DNA from: an uncultured Pseudomonadota bacterium
GTDB taxonomy: Bacteria; Vulcanimicrobiota; Vulcanimicrobiia; Eremiobacterales; Eremiobacteraceae
Assembly (NCBI GenBank): GCA_963736005.1
Contig: CAVTNB010000001.1
Span: forward strand, 544,001-608,000
Direction: 5' to 3'
Length of the DNA: 64,000 bases
This document shows positions 1 through 10,237 of this stretch, piece after piece; position 1 is the stretch's first letter, and the number at the start of each line of letters is the position of its first letter. Both the position numbers and the translations under genes were made by a program. The notes beneath the pieces were generated by a model, which saw only the letters and a list, made by a program, of their open reading frames with translations, had not been told where the DNA came from and did no database searches.

Positions 1-174
1 CCTAAGAACATGGGGGCGCGGGCCTTCGTCTCGCGTCGCATCCGCGAGCGGCTCACTCCGCGAGGAATCATCTTCGACTATATCGGCAGGCCGGACCGCG
101 CCAGCCCAAGTGAAGGATACCCCGGCGCTCACACGGTCGAACAGGAACGCATCCTGAACGAAGTGCTCTCGTAA
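1..174 (+). CDS. sucA: 2-oxoglutarate dehydrogenase E1 component, C-terminal fragment (5' end outside window)
   Basis: Frame 1 reads PKNMGARAFVSRRIR...YIGRPDRASPSEGYPGAHTVEQERILNEVLS*, matching the SucA C-terminal pattern EEPxNMGA...GRxxxASPxxG...HxxEQ. Confidence 0.85.
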   Translation, partial: PKNMGARAFVSRRIRERLTPRGIIFDYIGRPDRASPSEGYPGAHTVEQERILNEVLS

Positions 175-186
175 GAGGAGACCAAC

Positions 187-678
187 ATGCGCACATTCCT
201 CATTCTCGTTGTTGTGGCTTTCGCCGTCAGCCTGGTTGCTTGTTCGAGTAAGCGGACCATCGTCACCAATCAGGGCACGACGACGGTCGAGACCAACGCG
301 ATGCACAACACGGTGAAAGTTTCGAATGCCCAGGGTACCGCGATCATCGGCAAGGGCGCCGTCGACGCAAATGCTCTCGGTCTACCAATCTACCCTGGCG
401 CTATAACCTCTGACACGGGAGGCATGGCAGTCAAGAACGCCTCGCAAACGTCGGACGTTGTGTCGTTGACGACGAAGGACGCTTTCGGTCAGGTGTACGG
501 GTGGTACAAGCAGCGCATGCCAACGGGCTCAGAACAGACCCATATGGAGGTGACTGGCGGCTCGGTTGCGTCGTTTGCCGTTGGGAAGCTCGGCGACAAG
601 GATCAGAAAAGCGTCGTCATCACCGAATCGGCCGGCAAGACTACCATTCTCCTGACGCACGTCACCAACAGCGGCTAA
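187..678 (+). CDS. Putative lipoprotein
   Basis: AGGAG RBS; signal peptide ending in lipobox LVAC; GLPIYPGA motif. Confidence 0.8.
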   Translation: MRTFLILVVVAFAVSLVACSSKRTIVTNQGTTTVETNAMHNTVKVSNAQGTAIIGKGAVDANALGLPIYPGAITSDTGGMAVKNASQTSDVVSLTTKDAFGQVYGWYKQRMPTGSEQTHMEVTGGSVASFAVGKLGDKDQKSVVITESAGKTTILLTHVTNSG

Positions 679-702
679 CGTCGGCCATTTTCGAATCGGC
701 CG

Positions 703-3330
703 CTACAGGGCCGCCGCTTCTTTCTTGGCAGTGGTCTTTTTCTTGGTAAAGACGATCTCACCGCGTTGAACGTCAGCGATCACCTTATCGCCCGACACAA
801 AATCGCCGTTGAGAAGGCGCAAGGCAAGCGGATCGATGATTTCCTTCTGAATCGTTCGCTTGAGGGGCCGCGCCCCATAGACCGGATCGAAGCCCCGGTT
901 GGCCAGATATTCCTTCGCCGCGTCGGTGAGCTCGAGTGAGACTCCGCGCTCAGAGAGCCGCTTGGCAAGCGAGCGCAGCTGAATCTCGACGATGCGTTTG
1001 ATGTCGTCGAGCTTGAGGTTCTGGAAGATGACGATCTCGTCGATTCGATTGAGAAATTCAGGTCGAAAGTGGGCGCGCATCGCTTCCATCACGCGCTCGC
1101 GTACCTTCTCCTCGTTGCCAGCGAACTCGGCAATTGCAGCAGATCCGATGTTGCTCGTCATGATGAGAACGGTGTTCTTGAAGTCAACCGTACGACCCTG
1201 ACCGTCGGTGAGGCGGCCGTCTTCAAGAATCTGGAGCATCACGTTGAACACGTCGGGGTGCGCCTTTTCGATTTCATCGAAGAGCACCACGGCGTACGGC
1301 CGGCGGCGCACCGCTTCGGTCAGCTGGCCGCCTTCCTCATAGCCAACGTAGCCAGGCGGGGCGCCGATCAGCCGGGCGACGCTGTGTTTTTCCATGTACT
1401 CCGACATGTCAATTCGAATCATCGCCCGCTCGTCGTCGAAGAGAAACTCCGCGAGCGCCCGCGCGAGTTCTGTCTTACCGACCCCGGTCGGACCTAAGAA
1501 GATGAACGAACCGAGCGGCCGGTTGGGATCTTGCAATCCCGCACGCGCGCGGCGCACCGCAGCAGCCACGGCACGAACGGCGTCTTCTTGCCCAATGACG
1601 CGAACATGAAGCCGCTCCTCCATCTTGAGTAGCTTCTGCACTTCTCCCTCGAGCAGTTTGGTCACCGGAATCCGGGTCCACTTGGACACGACTTCGGCGA
1701 TGTCGTGCTCGTCGACCTCATCTTTGAAGAGCTGGCTCCCCGAGCTCTTCGCAAAACGGTTTTCGAGCGCTTCGGCCTTTTTCTGCAGTTCGGGCAAGTC
1801 CTGATACTTGAGTTTGGAGATTTGCCCCCAATCAACGTTGGGCTCGTACCCTTGTTCCGCTCGCGTGATTCGCTCTTTGAGTTTTTCGATTTGCTCCTTG
1901 ATCGCACTGACTTCTCCAACCGCCTGCTTCTCAGACTCCCACAGCTGGCGCAGCCGTACCGCCTCGGAATCGAGCTCCGCGATTTCTTTCTCGATGTCGG
2001 CGAGCCGCCGGCGAGAACCGGCATCGTTCTCTTTGCGCAGTGCTTCGCGCTCGATCTTGAGTTGGTTGGACCGGCGCTCGACTTCGTCCAACTCAACCGG
2101 GCGCGAGTCCATCTCCATTCGAATCTTCGAGGCCGCTTCGTCAACGAGGTCGATGGCCTTGTCGGGCAAAAATCGATCGGTGATGTATCGGTTCGAGAGC
2201 ACCGCGGCGGCGACCAACGCCGAATCCTTGATGCGAACGTGATGGTGGGACTCGTATCGCTCGCGCAGACCTCGCAGAATTGAAATCGTATCGTCGACGG
2301 TTGGCTCGCCAACCATGATGGGCTGGAAGCGGCGCTCGAGCGCAGCGTCCTTTTCAATATACTTGCGGTACTCATTCAGCGTGGTCGCACCGATCGTGTG
2401 TAACTCGCCGCGAGCGAGCATGGGCTTGAGCAGATTTGAGGCGTCCATCGAGCCTTCCGCAGCTCCGGCACCGACAACTGTGTGCAATTCGTCAATGAAC
2501 AAGATGATCTCGCCTTGGCTTTGACCGATTTCTTTAAGCACGGCCTTGAGACGATCTTCGAATTCGCCGCGATATTTTGCACCGGCGATGAGCGCGCCGA
2601 GATCGAGCGCCATGATGCGCCGGTCTTTCAGGCCTTCCGGAATGTCGCCGCGGACAATGCGGTGAGCGAGGCCCTCGACGATCGCCGTCTTGCCGACGCC
2701 AGGTTCGCCGATGAGGACAGGGTTGTTCTTGGTTCGACGCGAGAGCACTTGGATCACGCGGCGGATCTCTTCATCGCGGCCGATGACGGGGTCCACTTTG
2801 TTCTGCCGCGCAAGCGCCGTTAAGTCACGCCCATAGCGCTCCAAGGCCTGATACTTGCCTTCGGGATTCTGATCGGTCACGCGTTGACTGCCACGCACCG
2901 AGCTCAGCGCCTTCAGGATCGCGTCGCGAGTGGCACCCACCCCCTTGAGCAGCTTTGCCGCGTCTGACTTTGCGCCGGCGTCGGCAATGGCGAGCAGCAA
3001 ATGCTCGGTTGAAATATAGTCGTCTTTAAAGTTGAGCGCCTCTTGTCCGGCGCGCGACAAAAGCTCACGAAGATCGCGCCCAAGGCTCGGCTCGCTCGCC
3101 CCGTACACCTTCGCCCGCTTCGCAAGCAAGGACGATAGCTCGCCCTGCAACGAGGCGACATTGACGCCCAACTGCCGTAGCACCGCGGCGGGTACGCCCT
3201 CCTCGTCTTCGAGCAGCGCCGCGAGGAGGTGTTCGGCGTCTATTTCGCTCGCGCTGTGCTCGCGGGCAATCGTCTGCGCGCGGACGATTGCTTGCTGTGC
3301 TTTTTCTGTCAGTTTGTTGAAATTGTCCAT
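703..3330 (-). CDS. clpB: ATP-dependent chaperone ClpB
   Basis: 875 aa; Clp N repeats, two AAA+ modules ([16 protein letters not shown]), coiled-coil M domain, GYVGYEEGG and YGARPLKR motifs. Confidence 0.97.
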   Translation of the reverse strand: MDNFNKLTEKAQQAIVRAQTIAREHSASEIDAEHLLAALLEDEEGVPAAVLRQLGVNVASLQGELSSLLAKRAKVYGASEPSLGRDLRELLSRAGQEALNFKDDYISTEHLLLAIADAGAKSDAAKLLKGVGATRDAILKALSSVRGSQRVTDQNPEGKYQALERYGRDLTALARQNKVDPVIGRDEEIRRVIQVLSRRTKNNPVLIGEPGVGKTAIVEGLAHRIVRGDIPEGLKDRRIMALDLGALIAGAKYRGEFEDRLKAVLKEIGQSQGEIILFIDELHTVVGAGAAEGSMDASNLLKPMLARGELHTIGATTLNEYRKYIEKDAALERRFQPIMVGEPTVDDTISILRGLRERYESHHHVRIKDSALVAAAVLSNRYITDRFLPDKAIDLVDEAASKIRMEMDSRPVELDEVERRSNQLKIEREALRKENDAGSRRRLADIEKEIAELDSEAVRLRQLWESEKQAVGEVSAIKEQIEKLKERITRAEQGYEPNVDWGQISKLKYQDLPELQKKAEALENRFAKSSGSQLFKDEVDEHDIAEVVSKWTRIPVTKLLEGEVQKLLKMEERLHVRVIGQEDAVRAVAAAVRRARAGLQDPNRPLGSFIFLGPTGVGKTELARALAEFLFDDERAMIRIDMSEYMEKHSVARLIGAPPGYVGYEEGGQLTEAVRRRPYAVVLFDEIEKAHPDVFNVMLQILEDGRLTDGQGRTVDFKNTVLIMTSNIGSAAIAEFAGNEEKVRERVMEAMRAHFRPEFLNRIDEIVIFQNLKLDDIKRIVEIQLRSLAKRLSERGVSLELTDAAKEYLANRGFDPVYGARPLKRTIQKEIIDPLALRLLNGDFVSGDKVIADVQRGEIVFTKKKTTAKKEAAAL

Positions 3331-3441
3331 TAGATTGCCATTTCGCCCCGTAACGACAAAATCTCTCCGCCTCTAGACACCTAGGGTGCTTTGCGTGATT
3401 CTCCATGCTGGCGATTCGGATAAACCGCCCGCGTGTTCGAA

Positions 3442-3470
3442 TTGACAGATCAATTGCGCGTGGGTACCAT
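3442..3470 (+). promoter_or_regulatory. Sigma70-type promoter for the prepilin operon
   Basis: TTGACA (3442-47), 17 nt spacer, TACCAT (3465-70). Confidence 0.6.
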
Positions 3471-3553
3471 AGGTGCCACGACGCTACCCGCTGAGGCGCG
3501 AGGGGCGATTCGAAAGCTGCCCCTTTCGCACGAATCTATCGCGCGAGGTCTTG

Positions 3554-5026
3554 ATGCGGCGTTGTTGTCCGTTCCGCTTCCACGCACGCGCGCCCGCCAG
3601 CGGGCCGGCCGTGCTTGCGCTCTTTGTTTGTCTCCTCATCGGCTCCGCTGGCGCTCGGGCGACCACGCTAGTTCCCCTGCCGCAGGCGGTTGCTCAGATG
3701 CAGTCGTTTCGTGGCCGACTCGCCTACCTGGCACACCCGCAGGACGACCCACGTCGCACCATTTCGGGCACGCTCGTTGTGAACGGCGATGGTTGGTTGC
3801 TTGAAGAGCAAAGCGGCTCGTCACTGTTGCACGCATCGAACGATCAGTCTTGGTTGCGCGAAGGAAGCAAAGCGGTTTACTTCGACGACCCGTTGTCGGT
3901 GGGCGCTCTCGCCAACCCCTGGGCAGTCTTGCTTGGCCGGAGCGTCGGCGAAGCAGTTACAGCCGACCGCGCGGGTACTTCTTGGGCCATCGGCTCCAGG
4001 GCGCGTGTCTATATTGATACCACGCTTAATCAGATCGCCGGAGTTGTCGACACCGCCTCAGATGCGGATGTCTCCTTCTCCTTCGCCCAATGGAGCAATG
4101 TTGACGGCCTCGAGCTTCCATACTCGATTGTTCGGATGCGCGGCGGCGCGGCTGATGCATCATTCATCATTGACAGTTACCAAGTGCAGTGGGCTGACAA
4201 ACGCGACGTGGGGCCCCAGTTGGGCTGGCGATCGATTCCAATCGAGAGCGCAGGGTCAGCGGTGGCCTCCGAGCCGGCCGGGGCCCTCCAAAAGGCTTGG
4301 CGATCCTTCGGAACGCTCTTTGGCTTGCTCTTTGCGGGCCTTTGCCTCGCGGCGTGGGTGCGGCGCGACGCTCTCGCAGATCGGCTCTCTCGCCGCCTCG
4401 TGGGCGATCCACGAGCGTGGCGCGATGAGGGAACCAGCCTGTTTGTGTCAGCCGAAGGTGTGCTTTGGTTCGAAGGCCGCAAGTACCGGGTCGGTGCTGC
4501 ATTTTTCAATCGCCCCGCGCTCGTCCAATCTTCGCCGCTTTTTATTCGAGTGAGCGCAGCCGGAGTTTCTCGCGCCGTCGTGCTGCCACGCAAATTGCCC
4601 TTACCTACCATCGTGTCTTCACACTCGCGACGCCACGTCATAGGTTTCACGCTCATCGAGGCACTCGTCGCCACGGCGCTCTTTGCCGCTGTAATCGTCG
4701 GTGCAGTTTTCCCGACGCTCGTGGTGCTCGCACACGCGGATCGCGTCGCCGCGCAGCACGAAACCGCACGATTGATTGCAAGCAACGCGTTGGTCGATGA
4801 AGAGTCGGCGCTCGCGTATGGTTCTTCTATCCAACATACCTCAGGGACATTTGGCGTCGAGGGCATGGAACTGACGGTGATCGTTTCGCCCTCAAGCATT
4901 GCCGGCTTGCATCAAATCACAGCCCAGGTCAGTGACCCAAGCGGTACGCTGCTCGCGCGCATTGCAACGATGGTTGGCCCGCCGGTTCCGGCACCGCAGA
5001 GTTCGGCCGCACCGCCAAGCCGATGA
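3554..5026 (+). CDS. Membrane/secreted protein with an internal type IV prepilin cleavage/methylation motif
   Basis: N-terminal signal-like segment, central TM helix, then RRHVIG|FTLIEALVA at 4643 and a pilin-like C-terminus; start uncertain (3473 or 3554, GAGG precedes the latter). Confidence 0.7.
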   Translation: MRRCCPFRFHARAPASGPAVLALFVCLLIGSAGARATTLVPLPQAVAQMQSFRGRLAYLAHPQDDPRRTISGTLVVNGDGWLLEEQSGSSLLHASNDQSWLREGSKAVYFDDPLSVGALANPWAVLLGRSVGEAVTADRAGTSWAIGSRARVYIDTTLNQIAGVVDTASDADVSFSFAQWSNVDGLELPYSIVRMRGGAADASFIIDSYQVQWADKRDVGPQLGWRSIPIESAGSAVASEPAGALQKAWRSFGTLFGLLFAGLCLAAWVRRDALADRLSRRLVGDPRAWRDEGTSLFVSAEGVLWFEGRKYRVGAAFFNRPALVQSSPLFIRVSAAGVSRAVVLPRKLPLPTIVSSHSRRHVIGFTLIEALVATALFAAVIVGAVFPTLVVLAHADRVAAQHETARLIASNALVDEESALAYGSSIQHTSGTFGVEGMELTVIVSPSSIAGLHQITAQVSDPSGTLLARIATMVGPPVPAPQSSAAPPSR

Positions 5027-5721
5027 AGCGCATGCATGCCCGTCGCTCCCACCGCGGCATGGCATTGGTAGCCTCGCTTTTTGCCGTGGTTCTGATCATG
5101 ACGCTTTTGGCCGTTATGGTGGAGGTGGGCACGATGCGTCTGCGCCGCTCCACCGAGGAGTTGCGCGCTGCGCAGGCCATGGCCGCAGCTGATGCCGGGG
5201 CCGCCTGGGTCCGAGCCCTCCTCTTCGCGCATGGTGGAGATGTCAGCGCCACGCTGACCGATCTCTCGCAGGCTCATAGCACCCTTTCGCTGACCATCGA
5301 CCCTGTGACGAGCGCCAGCGTCCTCGTGAGCATTTCCATCCCTGGTGCATCGGCCCAGGCGGATCATCTTGACGTGAATTTGCAAGAGAATCCGCAGATC
5401 GTGGAGACGCCGATTCAGGTGGTCGCAACGGCCACAGTCGAAACCGGCGGCGTAGCCGTCGCCATGCGGACGGTGACGACGCTGCTGCGGAGCTTTCATC
5501 ATCTCGCACCGTACTCGGAAATCGTCGGCCTCGTTGATGATGCCGGCCCAGAATCAATCGACTCACCTGGCGATCCCGCCGGCCAGGTGGGTGCGCCGGA
5601 TGCCACAGATCTGCGACTCTTCGCGTACAAAGAATCCGGCTCAAGCTCTGTGCCGGCGAACAAATTTCAAAGCGATTCCTGGTTCGATGGAAATACCGCC
5701 ACGTCTGGATTCTTGCCGTGA
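5023..5721 (+). CDS. PilX/GspK-like minor (pseudo)pilin
   Basis: HRG|MALVASLFAVVLIMTLL lacking Glu5, followed by AQAMAAADAG; ATGA overlap with the upstream gene. Confidence 0.7.
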   Translation: MKRMHARRSHRGMALVASLFAVVLIMTLLAVMVEVGTMRLRRSTEELRAAQAMAAADAGAAWVRALLFAHGGDVSATLTDLSQAHSTLSLTIDPVTSASVLVSISIPGASAQADHLDVNLQENPQIVETPIQVVATATVETGGVAVAMRTVTTLLRSFHHLAPYSEIVGLVDDAGPESIDSPGDPAGQVGAPDATDLRLFAYKESGSSSVPANKFQSDSWFDGNTATSGFLP

Positions 5722-6230
5722 AAGAACGAGGCGCCACTCTTGTCGAGGTCATGCTCGTTGCAGCTTTAATCCTTGCGCTCGCGGCAGCGTTTGGCGTACC
5801 AGGCTATCGGAGCTATGCCGCGTCGCGAGCAAGCGCGGATGCCGCAACGACATTGGCTTCGGATCTCGCCTTCTTGGTGCGCGCAGCTCAAAATGCCGGA
5901 GGCAATCAGGGAGCTTCCCTCGTCATCGAGTCGCAAGACCCGCTTTCCTATCGGGGCTATCTTGGGAGGCCGACGTCCGTCGATCCCAACGCGAAACTTG
6001 GAGCGATTCTCATCGAGAGGACCTTTGAGGGCGTCTCACTCGCGGGTGGTCCGATCAGCACAACAACACCGCTTTTGTTTGCCACCAACGGCAGCGCGCA
6101 ATTTGTCAACGGCGGGAACATCGCACCGCAGCATCAGACGATCCAGTTTGTGCTCATTTGTTGCGCTGGAGGCAAGGCGGCGCAGGTCGACCTCGACCTC
6201 TTTACCGGAGCTGTTACCACGGGCTTGTAG
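5718..6230 (+). CDS. Prepilin-type protein (FimT/GspH-like)
   Basis: KERG|ATLVEVMLVAAL with Glu5; GTGA overlap. Confidence 0.8.
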   Translation: MKERGATLVEVMLVAALILALAAAFGVPGYRSYAASRASADAATTLASDLAFLVRAAQNAGGNQGASLVIESQDPLSYRGYLGRPTSVDPNAKLGAILIERTFEGVSLAGGPISTTTPLLFATNGSAQFVNGGNIAPQHQTIQFVLICCAGGKAAQVDLDLFTGAVTTGL

Positions 6231-6282
6231 TACAGACGCAGGCTGCTTATTCCGATACTTGGTAGGGAGGCCTTCGTCGACT

Positions 6283-6558
6283 ATGATACGGTTTATTATT
6301 TTTGCTGTGCTCGCCTACTTGGCGTATAGGTACCTGCACAACTGGTACGCGGTGGCTGGCGTCGCCGTTGTCTACTTAGTTTACCTCGCCGTCATGAGCG
6401 CGCTTGGCGCGAAGCGCAATCGCGAGCGAACGAGTAGCTTGCTCAGCCACAAGCTCTCAGACGAAGAAAAGGCGCATCTAGGCGCCGTCGCAGACCATCA
6501 AAGAGCGATGGATGCGCACAAAGCGCAATTCGACCCGGACCTGCGCAAGAAGCTCTAA
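6283..6558 (+). CDS. Small two-TM membrane protein
   Basis: MIRFIIFAVLAYLAY...WYAVAGVAVVYLVYLAVMSAL, then a charged tail; 91 aa. Confidence 0.65.
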   Translation: MIRFIIFAVLAYLAYRYLHNWYAVAGVAVVYLVYLAVMSALGAKRNRERTSSLLSHKLSDEEKAHLGAVADHQRAMDAHKAQFDPDLRKKL

Positions 6559-6650
6559 GCCCGCATCGAATGCGGGCTTAGAGAAAACAAAAGGGCGACT
6601 TTACAGTCGCCCACTACATTTTTCCGGAAGGACGATTTGCCAATCGCCCG
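6556..6650. repeat. Cluster of three hairpins between convergent genes, including GTAG-type REP-like units; likely bidirectional terminator
   Basis: TAAGCCCGCAT-CGA-ATGCGGGCTTA (6556-80); GGGCGACT-TTAC-AGTCGCCC-ACTAC (6593-6617); GGACGATTTGCCAATCGCCC (6630-49). Confidence 0.75.
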
Positions 6651-6688
6651 TGCTCACGTAAGTATCAACTTAATAATGGAGCCACCTT

Positions 6689-8392
6689 TTACTGGGATGC
6701 GAGCACTTCGCGGGCCTCGCCGGCAACGCGTCGCAAGCTGCCATCTTCGAAGGGCGAACGCAGCTTTGCGGAGCGAACGAGCTCGCCGAAAGCGGCCTCG
6801 CCACCACGCTTGCACAGGGCGAGGTAATCGCTCACTGCCGCTCGGTAGTCTTGGCGCGACTTCGTCCAAAATTGGAGCGCGCAGCACAGCGCAAGGGTGT
6901 AGTCGATGTAGTAGAACGGCACGTGGTAAATGTGAGCCTTCGCTTGCCACAGACCTCCGCGCGCAAGGTAGGCGAGATCCCCATACTGCCGCCAGTGCAG
7001 ATATTTGGCTTCCATCTGCTGCCACATGCGGTGCCGCTCCAGCGGCGTCGCGTCCGGGTTGGCATAGACGAGATGTTGGAAGTGGTCGATCGCAACCCCG
7101 TAGGGAAGAAAGAGCATCGCTTCTTCTAAATGGAGTCGTCGGTAGCGCTCTGCATCATCGCCGAAGAACTGTTCCAGGAACGGCGCGGTTAAGTATTCCA
7201 TGCTCATCGAATGAATCTCGGCCGTATCAAAGGTTGGCGTGAGGTAGTCGAAGGCAGGTAAGTTGCGGCTCTGCCAGTCTTGGAAGGCATGCCCCATTTC
7301 GTGAACCAGCACGTTGACGTCGCGATGCGTGCCGTTGAAACTCGCAAAAATAAACGGTAACCCGTACGTTGGAAAACTCGTGCAGTAACCGCCGCCTGCC
7401 TTGCCGTCTCGATTGGTCAGATCGAGGAGCTGGCGGTGCGTGAGCATGTTGTAGAACTGCGCAACCGATGGATCGACGGCGGAAAAGACCTCCCGCGCGC
7501 GGGAAACAACCCAAGCGTCATCGCCCTGAGGTTTCGGGTTGCCCGACGGATAGCCGACGCTTTCATCCCAGAACATCATTTTCGCGACGCCCAGCCGTTT
7601 GCCACGCCGGCTGATGATTTCTGCTGCTACGGGCACGATGTCACGCGCAACCTGGTCGCGATAGCGTTCGACGTCGCGTTGACCATAGTCGGTGCGGTTC
7701 ATTCGACGGTAGGCCAGATCGATAAAGTTTTCGAAGCCGAGCTTGCGCGCGATCGTGTGTCGCAAGTGAACCATCTCATCAAAAATGCGATCGAGTTCGC
7801 TCGCGTGCGCGGCAAAATAGCCCCATTTCGTCTGTTGAGCACGATATCGCGTGTCGCGATCGGGACTTTGGGTGTATGGCTCAATGCCGGGCAGATTGAG
7901 CAGCCTGCCTTCGAAGGTAAGCTCCGCGCTTGCGATGAGCTCGGTGTACTGCACCTCGAGTTGTGCTTCGCGGGTCAAATCGGCTTCGATTTCCGGCGTA
8001 AACGTGGAGAGGTCGGCTTCCCACAGGGCAAACACGTGAGGGCCGAGCCGCGGCTCCAGATCCGCGCGACCGGTCGCAAACACAAGCCGCTTCATGTACA
8101 TCTCGAGAGCCGTCAGCTTGGGTGAGATCCTGTCGAGGTGTTCGCGCGCCGCTTTGCGCTCCAGTTCGCGGGTATCTTGGTCGAAGCGTAGCCGGGTCAT
8201 GGATTGCCACGTCTGCAGCTGCCGTCGCAATGCATCCCATTGGCCGAACACATCGTAACGCGCGTTCGCGTTGCCGGCGGCGTTCCACCCCGCCTGGAGC
8301 TGCCTGTATTGATTCGCGACCGACTCGAGATTGGGAGTCTCGGCCTTGATGTCTTTGAAATCGACCCCTTCGGAAGGCGATGCTGGATTCAC
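6689..8392 (-). CDS. M3 family oligoendopeptidase (PepF-like)
   Basis: GKAGGGYCT, HEMGH zinc motif, AEIHSMSME, PFYYIDY. Confidence 0.92.
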   Translation of the reverse strand: MNPASPSEGVDFKDIKAETPNLESVANQYRQLQAGWNAAGNANARYDVFGQWDALRRQLQTWQSMTRLRFDQDTRELERKAAREHLDRISPKLTALEMYMKRLVFATGRADLEPRLGPHVFALWEADLSTFTPEIEADLTREAQLEVQYTELIASAELTFEGRLLNLPGIEPYTQSPDRDTRYRAQQTKWGYFAAHASELDRIFDEMVHLRHTIARKLGFENFIDLAYRRMNRTDYGQRDVERYRDQVARDIVPVAAEIISRRGKRLGVAKMMFWDESVGYPSGNPKPQGDDAWVVSRAREVFSAVDPSVAQFYNMLTHRQLLDLTNRDGKAGGGYCTSFPTYGLPFIFASFNGTHRDVNVLVHEMGHAFQDWQSRNLPAFDYLTPTFDTAEIHSMSMEYLTAPFLEQFFGDDAERYRRLHLEEAMLFLPYGVAIDHFQHLVYANPDATPLERHRMWQQMEAKYLHWRQYGDLAYLARGGLWQAKAHIYHVPFYYIDYTLALCCALQFWTKSRQDYRAAVSDYLALCKRGGEAAFGELVRSAKLRSPFEDGSLRRVAGEAREVLASQ

Positions 8393-8424
8393 GCGGCGCA
8401 GTTCACGAACGCCGCTGCGAGGCC

Positions 8425-9456
8425 CTACCCGACGATGAGGTGCGAATCGCCAAACTCATGCCACAGGTAGCCGTCCTCAAGGGCGGTTTGATACGCCTGG
8501 CGCACTCGATCCGGTCCCGCGATGGCTTCCAACATGGCGAGATGCGACGAATTTGGCTCATGAAATCCCGTCAGCACACCGTCCACGCTTTTCAGGCGGC
8601 GGTTCGGCGTAATGACGAGGTCCGTCCACCCGCGCGAAGGTGTGACGTGGCCCCTCTGGTCGAGCGACGACTCCAGCGCGCGTACCACGGTTGTGCCGAC
8701 GGCGATCACGCGGCCGCCCAGCCTTTGCGCGCGGCGAATTGCAAAGGCGGCTTCCGCACTGACTTCAAACGCCTCTTCATGGGGCGGCTCGTGCCATTCA
8801 ATGCTCGCTACACCTGCATGTAACACGACTGACGCGATCGAGACGCCGCGATTTTGAAGTTGCTCGAAAAGTGCAGACGTGAAAGGCCGCCCAGCTGATG
8901 CCATTTCGGCTGAGCCAGCTTCCCGAGCGTACACGTTCTGATACACTTCAAGTGGCCACTCGCGGGTGACGTGGCGATAGCGGATCGGTCTGCCATAGCG
9001 AGCGAGGTAGTCTAGGAAGGGCAACGGCAGATGTAATTTCGCATACCAAAGCCGTCGTGAATTCCGATACGCGGCGACCAGTTCTGCTGTCCCTTCACCC
9101 GGCAACGACAGACGCTCGCCGGGCTCCATTGGCGCATCGCGCGGCTCGACGATACACAAATCCTCAGACAGCTGCGTTGAAAAATGAAGCAGTATCTGTG
9201 CACCATCTCGACGCTGCGCCTGCAGGGCGGCCGGGATGGTCGCTGAGGTGTTGAGCACGATAACGTCGCCCGGAGCGAGGAACTGCGGCAGACGATCGAA
9301 GCGGGCGTGCACGTGATGCTTCCCCGAGACCAGCAAGCGCACATCGCTGCGGCCAGCACCCCGCGCTTCAGCGGGTTCGCGAGCTTCCAGTTCTGGCGGG
9401 AGGTGAAACGCCGGCGGCGCGGTCTCTACAAATGCCCGCGGCTCAGCTGACAGCAT
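8425..9456 (-). CDS. QueA-like protein (divergent SAM:tRNA ribosyltransferase-isomerase family)
   Basis: LPPELEAREPA, GDVIVLNTS, RVIAVGTTVVRALES, WHEFGDSHLI; canonical AAPTAGLHF is replaced by AEMASAGRPF. Confidence 0.85.
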   Translation of the reverse strand: MLSAEPRAFVETAPPAFHLPPELEAREPAEARGAGRSDVRLLVSGKHHVHARFDRLPQFLAPGDVIVLNTSATIPAALQAQRRDGAQILLHFSTQLSEDLCIVEPRDAPMEPGERLSLPGEGTAELVAAYRNSRRLWYAKLHLPLPFLDYLARYGRPIRYRHVTREWPLEVYQNVYAREAGSAEMASAGRPFTSALFEQLQNRGVSIASVVLHAGVASIEWHEPPHEEAFEVSAEAAFAIRRAQRLGGRVIAVGTTVVRALESSLDQRGHVTPSRGWTDLVITPNRRLKSVDGVLTGFHEPNSSHLAMLEAIAGPDRVRQAYQTALEDGYLWHEFGDSHLIVG

Positions 9457-10159
9457 GGGTCAACTCTTGAGCTTGGTAACGCAGTGCGCCAAGGGTCTCG
9501 TTCTCGAGAAGTTCGACTATCGCGGGCGCGACCTGGCTTGGGTGCGGCAGATTGGATAAGTCGACGCCCGGCTCGGCAAGTGCGTGCATCGCCGTGTTCA
9601 TGTCGCCGGGATCCACGACAAGTATTCGCACGCCGCTGCCTTCTAGCTCTACAGCGAGGGTTCGGGAGAGGTGTTCGAGCGCAGCTTTGCTCGCGCCATA
9701 GCCACCCCAGCCCGGGTACGCATTCACGCCCGCATCCGAAGTGATGTTGACGATCGTGCCCTGGCCTTGTTTGCGCATGCCTGGGAGGACGATCTGGATG
9801 AGATGCAGCGGCGCTACCGCGTTGACGCGCAGGATTCGCTGCAGCGCTTCCCATGAAAGCGAGTCAAGGGCGGGCATTGGGCTTGGGCCTAGCTCGGATG
9901 CATTATTAATCAACGCGTCAATCCGGCCGAATCGCGCCATGCCTTGCGCAACGATCTCCTCGGCGCTCTGGGATACGTCGGCCGCAACGGCAACCACATC
10001 CGTGTGCTTGCGCAGCGCCGCTGCTGCCTTTTCTAGTGCGGGTGCTTGACGCGCGGCAATGACAAGTCGCGCTCCACGACGCGCGAGGATGGAAGCAATC
10101 TCAAAACCGAGGCCGCGCGACGCGCCGGTCACAAGAATGCACGAATGCTGAATTTGCAT
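9443..10159 (-). CDS. Short-chain dehydrogenase/reductase
   Basis: TGASRGLG, INNAS, YGASK catalytic motif. Confidence 0.93.
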   Translation of the reverse strand: MQIQHSCILVTGASRGLGFEIASILARRGARLVIAARQAPALEKAAAALRKHTDVVAVAADVSQSAEEIVAQGMARFGRIDALINNASELGPSPMPALDSLSWEALQRILRVNAVAPLHLIQIVLPGMRKQGQGTIVNITSDAGVNAYPGWGGYGASKAALEHLSRTLAVELEGSGVRILVVDPGDMNTAMHALAEPGVDLSNLPHPSQVAPAIVELLENETLGALRYQAQELTHAVS

Positions 10160-10237
10160 GCTCTGAGTATGCGCTCACGTCATGACCAGAGCCACGGACG
10201 TGAGGGCGACCTTTGACCTGTACGAAAGGGTAGTTCT

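Noticed and set aside
3331..3440. CIRCE/HAIR/CtsR heat-shock operator upstream of clpB
   Set aside because: No convincing match seen
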